64,000 bases of DNA. It comes from Acidobacteriota bacterium. Lineage in GTDB: Bacteria > Acidobacteriota > Terriglobia > Terriglobales > Acidobacteriaceae. Location of the stretch: NCBI GenBank assembly GCA_003224905.1, contig QIAA01000051.1:516-64515 (forward strand), read 5' to 3'. The position numbers and the translations under genes were made by a program. The notes beneath the pieces were generated by a model. That model was not told where the DNA came from. It worked only from the letters and a program-made list of their open reading frames with translations, and ran no database searches. Below are positions 36,664-45,177 of this stretch, one piece after another. Every line of letters begins with the position of its first letter. The stretch's first letter is position 1.

Positions 36664-37317
36664 ATGCACAGGCAGATCAATCTGGCAGTGTTGTCTCTCG
36701 CACTTGCGACGCTGACCGCGTGCGGGGGAGGACTGGCCGCGACCAACAATTCGCCGGCCCCACCCCCGGGAACGCTGACTATCTCACCTACGACTCTGAA
36801 CTTCGGCACGGTCACAGTGGGAAAAAGCAAGACGATGACTGGGACACTTAGCGCCAGCAGTGATGTGACCGTGTCTTCGGCGGATTGGAATGGCAGCGGC
36901 TATTCAGTAAGCGGCATTACGTTCCCGACGACTGTCGCTGCCGGCAACAGTGTGTCGTTTGGGGTAACGTTCACTCCCGCATCCTCAGGCAGTTCCACGG
37001 GCAGCATCTCATTTTTAAGCGACGCTTCGAATTCTCCTGCTTCAGAGACGCTAACCGGCAGCGGAGCCCAAACCTCGCAGCACAGCGTTGATTTGTCATG
37101 GGATCCAAGCTCTTCGCAGGTAGCCGGATACAACATTTATCGTGGCACTCGTGCGGGCGGGCCTTATTCGCGGCTCAATTCGGCGCTTCAGGCGAGTACG
37201 AGCTTTACTGACGGCGGCGTCCAGTCAGGGCTGACTTACTTTTACGTGGCCCGCTCGGTCGATTTCAATTCCCAGGAAAGCGTTCCCTCGAATGAAGTAA
37301 GGGCCGCGATTCCGTGA
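36664..37317 (+). CDS. Paralog 5: one Ig-like repeat plus FN3, lipoprotein
   Basis: 217 aa. Lipobox LTACGG. It holds the single terminal-type repeat and the tail HSVDLSWDPSSSQVAGYNIYRGTRAGGPYSRLNS...TYFYV. Confidence 0.8.
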   Translation: MHRQINLAVLSLALATLTACGGGLAATNNSPAPPPGTLTISPTTLNFGTVTVGKSKTMTGTLSASSDVTVSSADWNGSGYSVSGITFPTTVAAGNSVSFGVTFTPASSGSSTGSISFLSDASNSPASETLTGSGAQTSQHSVDLSWDPSSSQVAGYNIYRGTRAGGPYSRLNSALQASTSFTDGGVQSGLTYFYVARSVDFNSQESVPSNEVRAAIP

Positions 37318-37338
37318 TTTCTGTCTAAAGGGCGCGGG

Positions 37339-37911
37339 TTATTCGAACACCTCAGCGTCACGGAAGCAAAGGCCCATGCGATCTTTCGCCGAGACGATCG
37401 GCTCGCCCTGAATCTGCCAGTCGATCTTCAGATGGGGATCATTCCAGGCCAGCGTGCGTTCACATTCGGGTTCGTGGAAATCCGTAGCCTTGTAGAGAAC
37501 GTGCGCGCCTTCCTCTGAAAGGACGGCAAAGCCGTGTGCCAGTCCCGCTGGAATCCAGAGCATGTGCTTGTTCTCGCCCGACAGCCTGGCGCCATGCCAG
37601 CAGCCAAAGCTGAGAGAACTTCGCCTCAGGTCCACGGCCACGTCGAAAATCTCACCCGAAACTACCCTAATCAGTTTGCCTTGCGGGCGTCGGACCTGAT
37701 AGTGCAGACCGCGCACGACATTTCGGGCAGAAAAGGAATGATTGTCCTGCACAAAATCTTGCGAAATGCCAACCTCGGCCATGCTTTTCTTATTGAAACT
37801 TTCGAGAAAGAATCCTCGAGTGTCACGAAAAACTCGCGGCTCGATTAAGAGCACTCCTTTTAGGGGTGTCTCTGAAACGTTCATGCTGGAACTGATCCTC
37901 TCGACGGCCAT
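37339..37911 (-). CDS. rfbC: dTDP-4-dehydrorhamnose 3,5-epimerase
   Basis: GVLLIEPRVFRDTRGFFLESF...VQDNHSFS...VRGLHYQ...KLIRVVSGEIFDVAVDLR. The true start may be the internal Met at 37884. Confidence 0.9.
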   Translation of the reverse strand: MAVERISSSMNVSETPLKGVLLIEPRVFRDTRGFFLESFNKKSMAEVGISQDFVQDNHSFSARNVVRGLHYQVRRPQGKLIRVVSGEIFDVAVDLRRSSLSFGCWHGARLSGENKHMLWIPAGLAHGFAVLSEEGAHVLYKATDFHEPECERTLAWNDPHLKIDWQIQGEPIVSAKDRMGLCFRDAEVFE

Positions 37912-38820
37912 TCAGAACACCTTGTCCCGGAGCAGTTGCAGAAGGTAGGAGCCATATCCATTGTTTTGCATCGAGGAGGCTGTGGCTTGTAATTGCTCGG
38001 CAGTGATGTAGCCGTAGCGGTAAGCAATTTCTTCTGGACATGCGACCATAAGGCCCTGGCGCGTTTCCAAGGTTTGAATGAAAAACGAGGCTTCGAGCAT
38101 GGCATCGTGAGTGCCGGTGTCGAGCCAGGCCATGCCGCGGCCCATGACCACGACTTCCAATTGCCCACGGCGAAGATATTCTTTGTTGACGTCGGTGATT
38201 TCCAGTTCCCCGCGAGCGGAAGGTTTCAGAGACTTGGCGATGGAGACCACATGTTCATCGTAGAAGTAAAGACCGGTTACCGCGTACCTGGATTTCGGAG
38301 CTTTGGGCTTTTCCTCCAAGCTTAAGGCTTTGCCCTTTGGGTCAAATTCAACTACGCCGTAACGCTCAGGGTCATTTACAGCATAAGCAAACACCGACGC
38401 TCCAAGGCGCTGTTGCACAGCTTGCGTCAAAGTTTTGGCCAGGTCATGGCCGTGGAAGATGTTGTCTCCAAGCACCAGGGCACAATGAGAGCCGGCGATA
38501 AATTTCTCTGCAATCAGGAAGGCCTGTGCAATACCTTCCGGCCTGGGCTGGGCGGCATAGTGCAAAGTGAGGCCAAGACAAGATCCGTCGCCGAGGAGAT
38601 GCTGGAACTTGGAGATGTCCTGCGGAGTAGAGATAACCAATATGTCTCGAATACCCGCCAGCATGAGAGTTGAAAGCGGGTAGTACACCATGGGCTTGTC
38701 ATAGATGGGCAACAAACTCTTGCTTACCGCGTGAGTCACCGGATAGAGGCGGGTTCCAGATCCACCGGCCAGAATGATGCCTTTATAGTGAGGTGACCCG
38801 CCGGAATGCGCAATCGCCAT
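37912..38820 (-). CDS. rfbA: Glucose-1-phosphate thymidylyltransferase
   Basis: [17 protein letters not shown]...[33 protein letters not shown]...LGDNIF is the canonical RmlA pattern. Confidence 0.95.
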   Translation of the reverse strand: MAIAHSGGSPHYKGIILAGGSGTRLYPVTHAVSKSLLPIYDKPMVYYPLSTLMLAGIRDILVISTPQDISKFQHLLGDGSCLGLTLHYAAQPRPEGIAQAFLIAEKFIAGSHCALVLGDNIFHGHDLAKTLTQAVQQRLGASVFAYAVNDPERYGVVEFDPKGKALSLEEKPKAPKSRYAVTGLYFYDEHVVSIAKSLKPSARGELEITDVNKEYLRRGQLEVVVMGRGMAWLDTGTHDAMLEASFFIQTLETRQGLMVACPEEIAYRYGYITAEQLQATASSMQNNGYGSYLLQLLRDKVF

Positions 38821-38901
38821 AACTAATGATTATCGCTGGCTCAGAGGTTAGGAGCTATGTCTCGCAAGTACGGTATCCATTAGAGTAAACGACTGAGCAT
38901 T

Positions 38902-40071
38902 TTAGGATCCGGCATCGGGCGCGTGTTGTTTATAGAAGCTGGCCATCGACTGAACAACTAATTCCTGCTGATTGCGAGTGATTTCCGGATAGATCGGCAG
39001 CGCGAGCACTTCCCGGCTTGCGCGCTCCGCTTCGGGAAATTGTCCTGGCTTGTATCCCAAGTACGCGAATGCTGCTTGCAGATGCAAGGGAGACGGATAA
39101 TAGACTTCCGTCGGAATCCCCTCCTCGGTTAAGAAGGCCCGCAGTTCATCGCGCGTTCGGGCACGTATGGTGAACTGATTATAGACGTGGGTGCAATTGG
39201 CTGGTTCGCTTGGAGGACTAATGTATGATTGTAATCCGTGTTGCGCGATAAGCGCGCGGTAGTATTCCGCATTGTGGCGGCGTGCCGCGGTCCACTGCGG
39301 CAGGTATTTCAGCTTAACTCTCAAGATTGCCGCTTGAAGCGCGTCCAGCCGGCTGTTTACTCCGAGTCTCTCGTAATAATATTTTTGTGTGCTGCCGTGG
39401 TTCCGCAAGCGGCGCAGCACTGCGGCAATGCCAGCATCATTGGTCGTCACCAGTCCGCCATCCCCTGCACACCCCAGGTTCTTGGAGGGAAAAAAGCTGA
39501 AGCATCCGATTGAGCCAAAAGTCCCCACTTTTTGCTTCGCGTACTCCGCCCCAATTGCCTGGGCGGCATCTTCGATCACTTTAAGATCGCGCCTGGCTGC
39601 AAGCTCAATAAGGGGTTTCATATCCGCCGGCAAGCCAAACAAATGAACCGGAATAATGGCGCGTGTTCGGGGCGAGACAGCCGCTTCAATTTGCTCGACG
39701 TCGATGTTGTAAGTATCGGCCTTGATATCAACGAACACTGGCCGGACTCCCAAGTGTGCAGGGACGGCAGCTGTGGCAATAAAGGTGAAAGGAGTGGTGA
39801 TCACCTCATCGCCAGCTTGCAGGCCGTGCACCATGAGAGCGAGCAGCAAGGCGTCTGATCCTGAAGCGCAGGCTACAGCGTCCGTGGAACCAACATAAGT
39901 GGATACGTCGGTTTCGAATTTCTCCACTTCAGGACCGAGGATGAACTGCTGGGCCTGCAGCACACGGGAAACAGCGTCCATTACTTCCTCTCGGATGTTT
40001 GCGAACTGTGCCGCCAGGTCGAGAAACGGAAAGCGCAGCTTCGGCTTGCTGGTTAGAGAGGCCATTTTCAT
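38902..40071 (-). CDS. DegT/DnrJ/EryC1/StrS family sugar aminotransferase
   Basis: FPFLDLAAQF...FILGPEVEKFE...ACASGSDALLLAL...FFPSKNLG (PLP lysine motif). I place the start at the ATG at 40071. The track extension to 40317 overlaps the upstream gene. Confidence 0.9.
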   Translation of the reverse strand: MKMASLTSKPKLRFPFLDLAAQFANIREEVMDAVSRVLQAQQFILGPEVEKFETDVSTYVGSTDAVACASGSDALLLALMVHGLQAGDEVITTPFTFIATAAVPAHLGVRPVFVDIKADTYNIDVEQIEAAVSPRTRAIIPVHLFGLPADMKPLIELAARRDLKVIEDAAQAIGAEYAKQKVGTFGSIGCFSFFPSKNLGCAGDGGLVTTNDAGIAAVLRRLRNHGSTQKYYYERLGVNSRLDALQAAILRVKLKYLPQWTAARRHNAEYYRALIAQHGLQSYISPPSEPANCTHVYNQFTIRARTRDELRAFLTEEGIPTEVYYPSPLHLQAAFAYLGYKPGQFPEAERASREVLALPIYPEITRNQQELVVQSMASFYKQHAPDAGS

Positions 40072-40072
40072 G

Positions 40073-41041
40073 TCACAGGGTCCTGGAGACGCCCAGGCCC
40101 TGTGACAACGCATGTATGTATGCTGCATTGCATCCGCAGCATCCGCCCAAATACTGAATGCCCTCCGATTTCGCGCTGGCCGCGAATTTTTCGAATGCGC
40201 TCCGGAACAACTGGATGGATTCCAACCCGTCCGGAAATTCCGGCAAACGAGTGAAGCAAGGAGTCTCATCAGTGGTTCGGAATGTCGCGGGCTGTGCGGC
40301 GATGGGAACGTTGACAACGTGCCGCATCTCTCGCGTGATTGCCAGAATGCGTTCGGGTTCCTGTTCGCAATTTGCTCCTACGACGTGCGCGCCGGCATCC
40401 ACCATGGCTCGCGCGCAATCGGCGGGGGAGTGTCCGTCCGAACACTCAGTCAATTTCGGGCGGAAAGTCATGGTGGCTACAATCGGCAAACCGCTGGCCC
40501 GGGCGCACTCGATGGCGATCAACATTTCCTGGAGATGAAAGAAAGTTTCCAGGATGAGGAAGTCCACGCCGGCGTCAGCCAGCAGACGAATCTGTTCGGT
40601 GAGCAGATCACGCACGTGGTCTGCAGATGAAGGGCCTTCGCGTTCGAAAAGCTGGGTCCGCGAGACCGAGCCGGCGACTAACGCGCTGGTTCCGGCGATC
40701 TCGCGGGCGATACGGACGGCGGCCGCATTGATGGCTTCGGTTTGTCCGCCGTAGCCAGCGCGGTTCAATTTTTCTCGCGTGCCGAAGAAAGTGAGGGCCT
40801 GCAACACCTGCGAGCCGGCATTGAGAAACTCGCGATGTAGTTCGCGCAAGGCATCGGGATGTTCGATTGCTACTTCGGGGGTGAATTGGCCAGTTCCCTT
40901 CCCCGTGCCAACCTTTTCGCGACCGGAGCCGCTGTCGACCCAGCCGCGGCGCTCGAGTTCTATCAAGTAGCCGCCGTCCCCCAGCACAATTTCGTGTTTT
41001 TTGATCCAGTCCAGTATGTTTTCAGTTTTTTTCATGAGCAA
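40073..41041 (-). CDS. Homocysteine S-methyltransferase domain protein, BHMT-like
   Basis: VLGDGGYLIELERRGW...EHPDALRELHREFLNAGSQVLQALTF...GGCCGCNAAYI (zinc-binding Cys pair). The stop codon lies 1 nt before the DegT start codon. Confidence 0.8.
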   Translation of the reverse strand: MLMKKTENILDWIKKHEIVLGDGGYLIELERRGWVDSGSGREKVGTGKGTGQFTPEVAIEHPDALRELHREFLNAGSQVLQALTFFGTREKLNRAGYGGQTEAINAAAVRIAREIAGTSALVAGSVSRTQLFEREGPSSADHVRDLLTEQIRLLADAGVDFLILETFFHLQEMLIAIECARASGLPIVATMTFRPKLTECSDGHSPADCARAMVDAGAHVVGANCEQEPERILAITREMRHVVNVPIAAQPATFRTTDETPCFTRLPEFPDGLESIQLFRSAFEKFAASAKSEGIQYLGGCCGCNAAYIHALSQGLGVSRTL

Positions 41042-42020
41042 AGTGTGTTTTTTGAGTTTGCTGTTTCGCGAATACCGCGGCCGCCGCTCCTACAATGCCG
41101 GCGTCGATGCCCAACTTCGCAGAGACGATCGGTACCTGGCGGCTGTTATCGGCAAAAATGTGTTCGCGGCAACTTCGTTGGAATGTATCCCAGTACAGAC
41201 CGCCGGCCATACCCAAACCGCCACCGACAATGATTATTTCGGGGTCTAGCACGTTGACGAGAAACGCAACGCTGACGCCCAGCGCCTCGCCGGCAGACGT
41301 CAGGATTTCCGCAGCCAGCTTGCTTCCGTTCGATGCGGCGGCGAAGACTCTCTCCGCGCCTCCCTCAGTGGAGTCTCCGTTTTCGCTTACTTTGCCGACT
41401 GCTTGTGCGAAGCGCTTCGCAATCGCAGGGCCGGAGGCGAACTCTTCGAGCACGGGATGCAACTTGGCTCCACAATGAGTACATACGGTGCTCAGCGGAC
41501 TGCTCGCCAGAGTAATAGCATTGCCGTTCGCGCCTGTGAACGGATGCCCATCCTGCACCAGGCAGTAACTGATGCCGGTTCCAACGGTGACATACACGAA
41601 GAGATGAGACTGTTTGCCTGCGCCGAAAGTGGCCTCAGCCAGGGCAGCGGCGCGAACGTCCGATTCGACTACTGTGGGGGCGATCTCGGATAATCTCTGT
41701 TGCACGGGGACATCGCGCCAGTGAATCGTGCAACTACTGGTAACGTTGCCCTCGGTGTCCACGAATTCTGGAACGCCGGCGCCGATGCCGGCGACTTGAA
41801 TTCCTTCCAGCTGTGCCCAATCGTATAGTTGTTTGGAAAGATCCAGAGTGTCACTTAAAACCGGCTCACCGCCGCGAGTGGGATTTGTTGGAATTACCCT
41901 TCTATTGAGGATCTCGCCGGAGGACCACAACACTACGCCGGCGGCGATCTTGGTTCCGCCGATGTCCAAACCGATCGCCGCGAGTTGCTGTTTAGCGCTC
42001 ATTTTCGGCTCACTGCTCAT
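41022..42020 (-). CDS. ROK family sugar kinase
   Basis: IGLDIGGTKIAAGVV...GIGAGVPEF, a Cys-rich CTHCG region, and GGGLG. The start is either 42020 (overlaps the upstream stop) or 42002. Confidence 0.85.
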   Translation of the reverse strand: MSSEPKMSAKQQLAAIGLDIGGTKIAAGVVLWSSGEILNRRVIPTNPTRGGEPVLSDTLDLSKQLYDWAQLEGIQVAGIGAGVPEFVDTEGNVTSSCTIHWRDVPVQQRLSEIAPTVVESDVRAAALAEATFGAGKQSHLFVYVTVGTGISYCLVQDGHPFTGANGNAITLASSPLSTVCTHCGAKLHPVLEEFASGPAIAKRFAQAVGKVSENGDSTEGGAERVFAAASNGSKLAAEILTSAGEALGVSVAFLVNVLDPEIIIVGGGLGMAGGLYWDTFQRSCREHIFADNSRQVPIVSAKLGIDAGIVGAAAAVFAKQQTQKTHFAHEKN

Positions 42021-43116
42021 CGGCAGGACGGGTGTGGTCGTGGAGATGATGACGATCCTGCCGCTCCTCAAGCCGGAGATCAAGCGGCTCAAAGCGTGAT
42101 TCAACGGCGATGGCTCGCTTCTCCTTCGCCGCCCTGATGCTGGTTTCTATGACCTCGAGCAGATGGAGATCGTGGTCGAGGTTATGAAGAGGCGGCCTAT
42201 TCTCCTGCAATGCATGCACCATCTCGGCGAGGCCGTCGGCCCACAACCAAGTGGGGTCGATCGGCTCGAACTCTTCCCAGCAACCGGCGCTATTTCGCCA
42301 GATCTCGAAACCTCGGGGGTCCCAATCATCGCCAAGCAGGTTGGCGGTGCCTTCGGTGCCGTAGAACTCGAGGGCTGGACGGCGATAGCGCTGAATACAG
42401 TGACTGGAAATCAGCGACGACAACGTGTCGTCTTCGTGTCTTAGCAGCACGTGCGAGACGTCTGTACCTGCCGCTCCAATCGTTTCACCGTTAATCTCCC
42501 TGCGGTCCATGGCGCGTGCCTCCGCGGCCTGGACCTCAACCACGGGGCCAAGAACCGCAGTCAGGCTTTTGAGATTGTAAATTCCGACTTCGGCCAAGGG
42601 GCCGACGCTACCATCGTGATACCAACGGGCCCAGGTAGAGCCTGCGTTGCCGTAGAGGGCACGAGCGGAGTGCACTCTGCCGATTGCGCTGTCTCGCATC
42701 CGACTCCATAAAGCTCGAAAGGTCGGGGCAAGCTGCACGAAAGGGGCGCACATCAAGTGCAGATTGCGCTTGTGCGCGAGCTGGGCAAGTTGCTGGGCTT
42801 CGCAACGAGTGGATGCAGCCGGCTTCTCCACTACTACGTGCTTTCCGTGCTCGAGAGAGGTTCGCACCAGCTCGGAATGGCTCTCCGGAGGAGTGATGAT
42901 GAGAGCGACATCCACGTCCGCCTGTAAGACCTGGAGCGGGTCTGCAACCAATTCGATTCCGGGACGGCGAGTTTGAAGATGAGGCCAATTTTCCCGCCGA
43001 CGCGCGCAGACTGGTCCGAGCTGCGCGATACCGCGAGGGATTAAGCGGTCGAGAGCCTGAAGATATGCCCAGAGCACATTGCCGGCACCGATGATTCCTA
43101 CCTTTACTGGGCGCAC
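42010..43116 (-). CDS. Gfo/Idh/MocA family oxidoreductase
   Basis: MRPVKVGIIGAGNVLWAYL...VVVEKPAA. Confidence 0.8.
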   Translation of the reverse strand: MRPVKVGIIGAGNVLWAYLQALDRLIPRGIAQLGPVCARRRENWPHLQTRRPGIELVADPLQVLQADVDVALIITPPESHSELVRTSLEHGKHVVVEKPAASTRCEAQQLAQLAHKRNLHLMCAPFVQLAPTFRALWSRMRDSAIGRVHSARALYGNAGSTWARWYHDGSVGPLAEVGIYNLKSLTAVLGPVVEVQAAEARAMDRREINGETIGAAGTDVSHVLLRHEDDTLSSLISSHCIQRYRRPALEFYGTEGTANLLGDDWDPRGFEIWRNSAGCWEEFEPIDPTWLWADGLAEMVHALQENRPPLHNLDHDLHLLEVIETSIRAAKEKRAIAVESRFEPLDLRLEERQDRHHLHDHTRPADEQ

Positions 43117-43505
43117 TGAGGGCGCTCCTCGAGTGCCGGGGCAGCTGGTGGCTCATAGGACAACATGGCGCCGCCTGCCAGCGCCAGTGCAATTCCCAGC
43201 CATTGCAGAGATGAAGGGCGTTCTCGGAGGAATACCGTGGCCAGAATGACGGTACACAATGGATACAAGGCTGTGAGCGGAATTGCCACGCTCGCCTTTG
43301 CGCCTTTTTCGAGGGAAGCGAAAATTGCCCAGTTCCCCAGCCCGTTCACCATTCCGGCGATCAGTCCGGCGGAAATCGCGCCGGCGCTCAAGCCAGCGAG
43401 AGTTGTCATCCTGCACATGAAAGGGACGAGGACAACGAAGCCGATAGTCACCCAGATGACCATGGAGCGGGCCGAGATACGATTGGTGCCCAGCTTCATG
43501 AACAA
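43104..43505 (-). CDS. Half-size EamA/DMT transporter subunit (133 aa)
   Basis: Four to five hydrophobic helices. ALYPLCTVILATVFLRERPSSLQWLGIALALAGGAML is an EamA-type C-terminal helix pair. Confidence 0.6.
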   Translation of the reverse strand: MFMKLGTNRISARSMVIWVTIGFVVLVPFMCRMTTLAGLSAGAISAGLIAGMVNGLGNWAIFASLEKGAKASVAIPLTALYPLCTVILATVFLRERPSSLQWLGIALALAGGAMLSYEPPAAPALEERPQCAQ

Positions 43506-43569
43506 TCCGCAAACTCCCCACAGCGCAATTGCGAAGCCCGCGTTTGCCAGCCAGTGAATTGGGGGTTCC

Positions 43570-44001
43570 TCAAATCGAAAGAATTACGATCGACGCCAGG
43601 GCCAGAACTATGCCGCCCATCTGCACCTTGTTCAAACGCTCGCGCAATACAATGAATGCCAGCACCACAGTGAGCAAGGGAAAGAGCCCGGTGACCGGAG
43701 TGACGACCGAAGCGTCCTGTTGACGCAGAGCCGCGAAATACCCCAGAGCTCCCAGCCCGGTGAAAAAGCCGCTCAATATGCCGAATGCAGCACCGCCAGG
43801 GTTGCGGTCCAGCCTACCCCTCATCTGCAAGAGCATGCCAAAAGCCACGGGCAGCATACCGAAGGTGAATAGTATTTGCAGCTGTAAGGGATTCGCCGAA
43901 ACCGATCCAATCTTGGAAAAGAATCCCCACAGACCCCACCAGAAAACGCACAGCAACGCGTACCAAAGCCAGACTGGAAATCTCCGAGGCTCAGTCTGCA
44001 T
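43570..44001 (-). CDS. Half-size EamA/DMT transporter subunit (143 aa)
   Basis: VTGLFPLLTVVLAFIVLRERLNKVQMGGIVLALASIVIL parallels its neighbour. The start overlaps the SIS gene stop. Confidence 0.6.
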   Translation of the reverse strand: MQTEPRRFPVWLWYALLCVFWWGLWGFFSKIGSVSANPLQLQILFTFGMLPVAFGMLLQMRGRLDRNPGGAAFGILSGFFTGLGALGYFAALRQQDASVVTPVTGLFPLLTVVLAFIVLRERLNKVQMGGIVLALASIVILSI

Positions 44002-45073
44002 TCTGGGAGACCTCGGCTTTCTTGCGGAGCAGGCCGTGCTCGTCTTCGACTACATAAGAGCAGATCCGGAACGAGTCGCAATCTACTCCAGCCAGCCGCG
44101 ACAGGCGTTCGGCCGCAAGCTGAACAGGAAGAACATCGATCACAAACTGCCAGCGTGGCGGCGAAGTGGGGAGCTGGCAGACGAGGTCGGCCGCATCCTG
44201 CGGGAGGTTTTCACCGATGAGCATAACTGATGCCCCCAGTTCCCGGAGATCATGGGCCACGGCCAAATCCTGGGCGCGCATCTGAGATTGATCTATCCAC
44301 ATGCCAAACCGCATTCCCTGCTTGACAATCTCCTGTGGTCCATGGCGAAAGCTGCTCGTGCTCATTGCGGTCGCGGGCATTTTCACACCTTCTTCCCACA
44401 AGAGACGCGCTTCATGGCAGGTTGCCACACTGCCGGCGCGTGCAAGGAAATAGTACGGTGCCTCAGTCATGAGCCAGGCGGACTCTTCCAGTTGCGCTTG
44501 CCAGAATTCCAGACGGCGTCCAGCTTCACGCACAGAGTTGACCAACGCGGGGACAACAGACGGGAAGCCTGTCGTAGCCGAGCTAGCCAGCGCACCTGCG
44601 GCGACTAGGAGCGTGGAGAAGGTGTTTACGGAAATCGCATAGTCCAGCATCGCTGGCACAACGATGGCCACAGCCGATTCACTCGCCAGCGGACTGTCGG
44701 GGGAATTGGTTATGCCGATCACGGTCGCACCGCTGGCTTCTGCCTTGGCAAGGAGTTGGACGATCTCAATGCTGCGCCCAGTTCGCGAGATGGCGACGAT
44801 AACCGATCCACGTGGAACGGTTGTGAAGTGCAGCAATTCGGCGGCTTCTTCTATGTGAGCGGTGTGGCCTGCCTGGTGCAAGAGCGACACGGCGCCCATG
44901 GCAGCGTTCAGGCTGGCTCCGATACCGGTAATGACAACGTTGCGAGCCGACCGGATTAGCGCAGCGGCTTTGGCAAGAGCCTCTTGTCCCGCACCAGTGA
45001 GATAGTCGATGGTCCGTTGCATCTCTGCCGGTTGCCGCATTATGTCTTGCAGGAAATGGGTCGGTGCGGTCAC
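43991..45073 (-). CDS. Double-SIS domain sugar-phosphate isomerase/deaminase (GlmS C-terminal / AgaS / FrlB-like)
   Basis: 360 aa. FLQDIMRQPAEMQRTIDYL...VVITGIGASLNAA...VIVAISRTGRSIE... is followed by a second SIS repeat. Confidence 0.8.
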   Translation of the reverse strand: MTAPTHFLQDIMRQPAEMQRTIDYLTGAGQEALAKAAALIRSARNVVITGIGASLNAAMGAVSLLHQAGHTAHIEEAAELLHFTTVPRGSVIVAISRTGRSIEIVQLLAKAEASGATVIGITNSPDSPLASESAVAIVVPAMLDYAISVNTFSTLLVAAGALASSATTGFPSVVPALVNSVREAGRRLEFWQAQLEESAWLMTEAPYYFLARAGSVATCHEARLLWEEGVKMPATAMSTSSFRHGPQEIVKQGMRFGMWIDQSQMRAQDLAVAHDLRELGASVMLIGENLPQDAADLVCQLPTSPPRWQFVIDVLPVQLAAERLSRLAGVDCDSFRICSYVVEDEHGLLRKKAEVSQNAD

Positions 45074-45177
45074 GCTGCCCCTTGTTACGCGATCTATGAG
45101 TACAACTCGCGTGATTGTATCAAGAACACGTTCGTGCCTGGCTTGAACGGCCGAATGCCTAAGCGTGCAGGTTGGGA

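Noticed and set aside
40072-40317. 82-codon N-terminal extension of the DegT aminotransferase ORF
   Set aside because: It overlaps the 3' end of the BHMT-like gene and is Arg/Ser/Pro-rich. The family-typical N-terminus (FPFLDL) begins right after the ATG at 40071.
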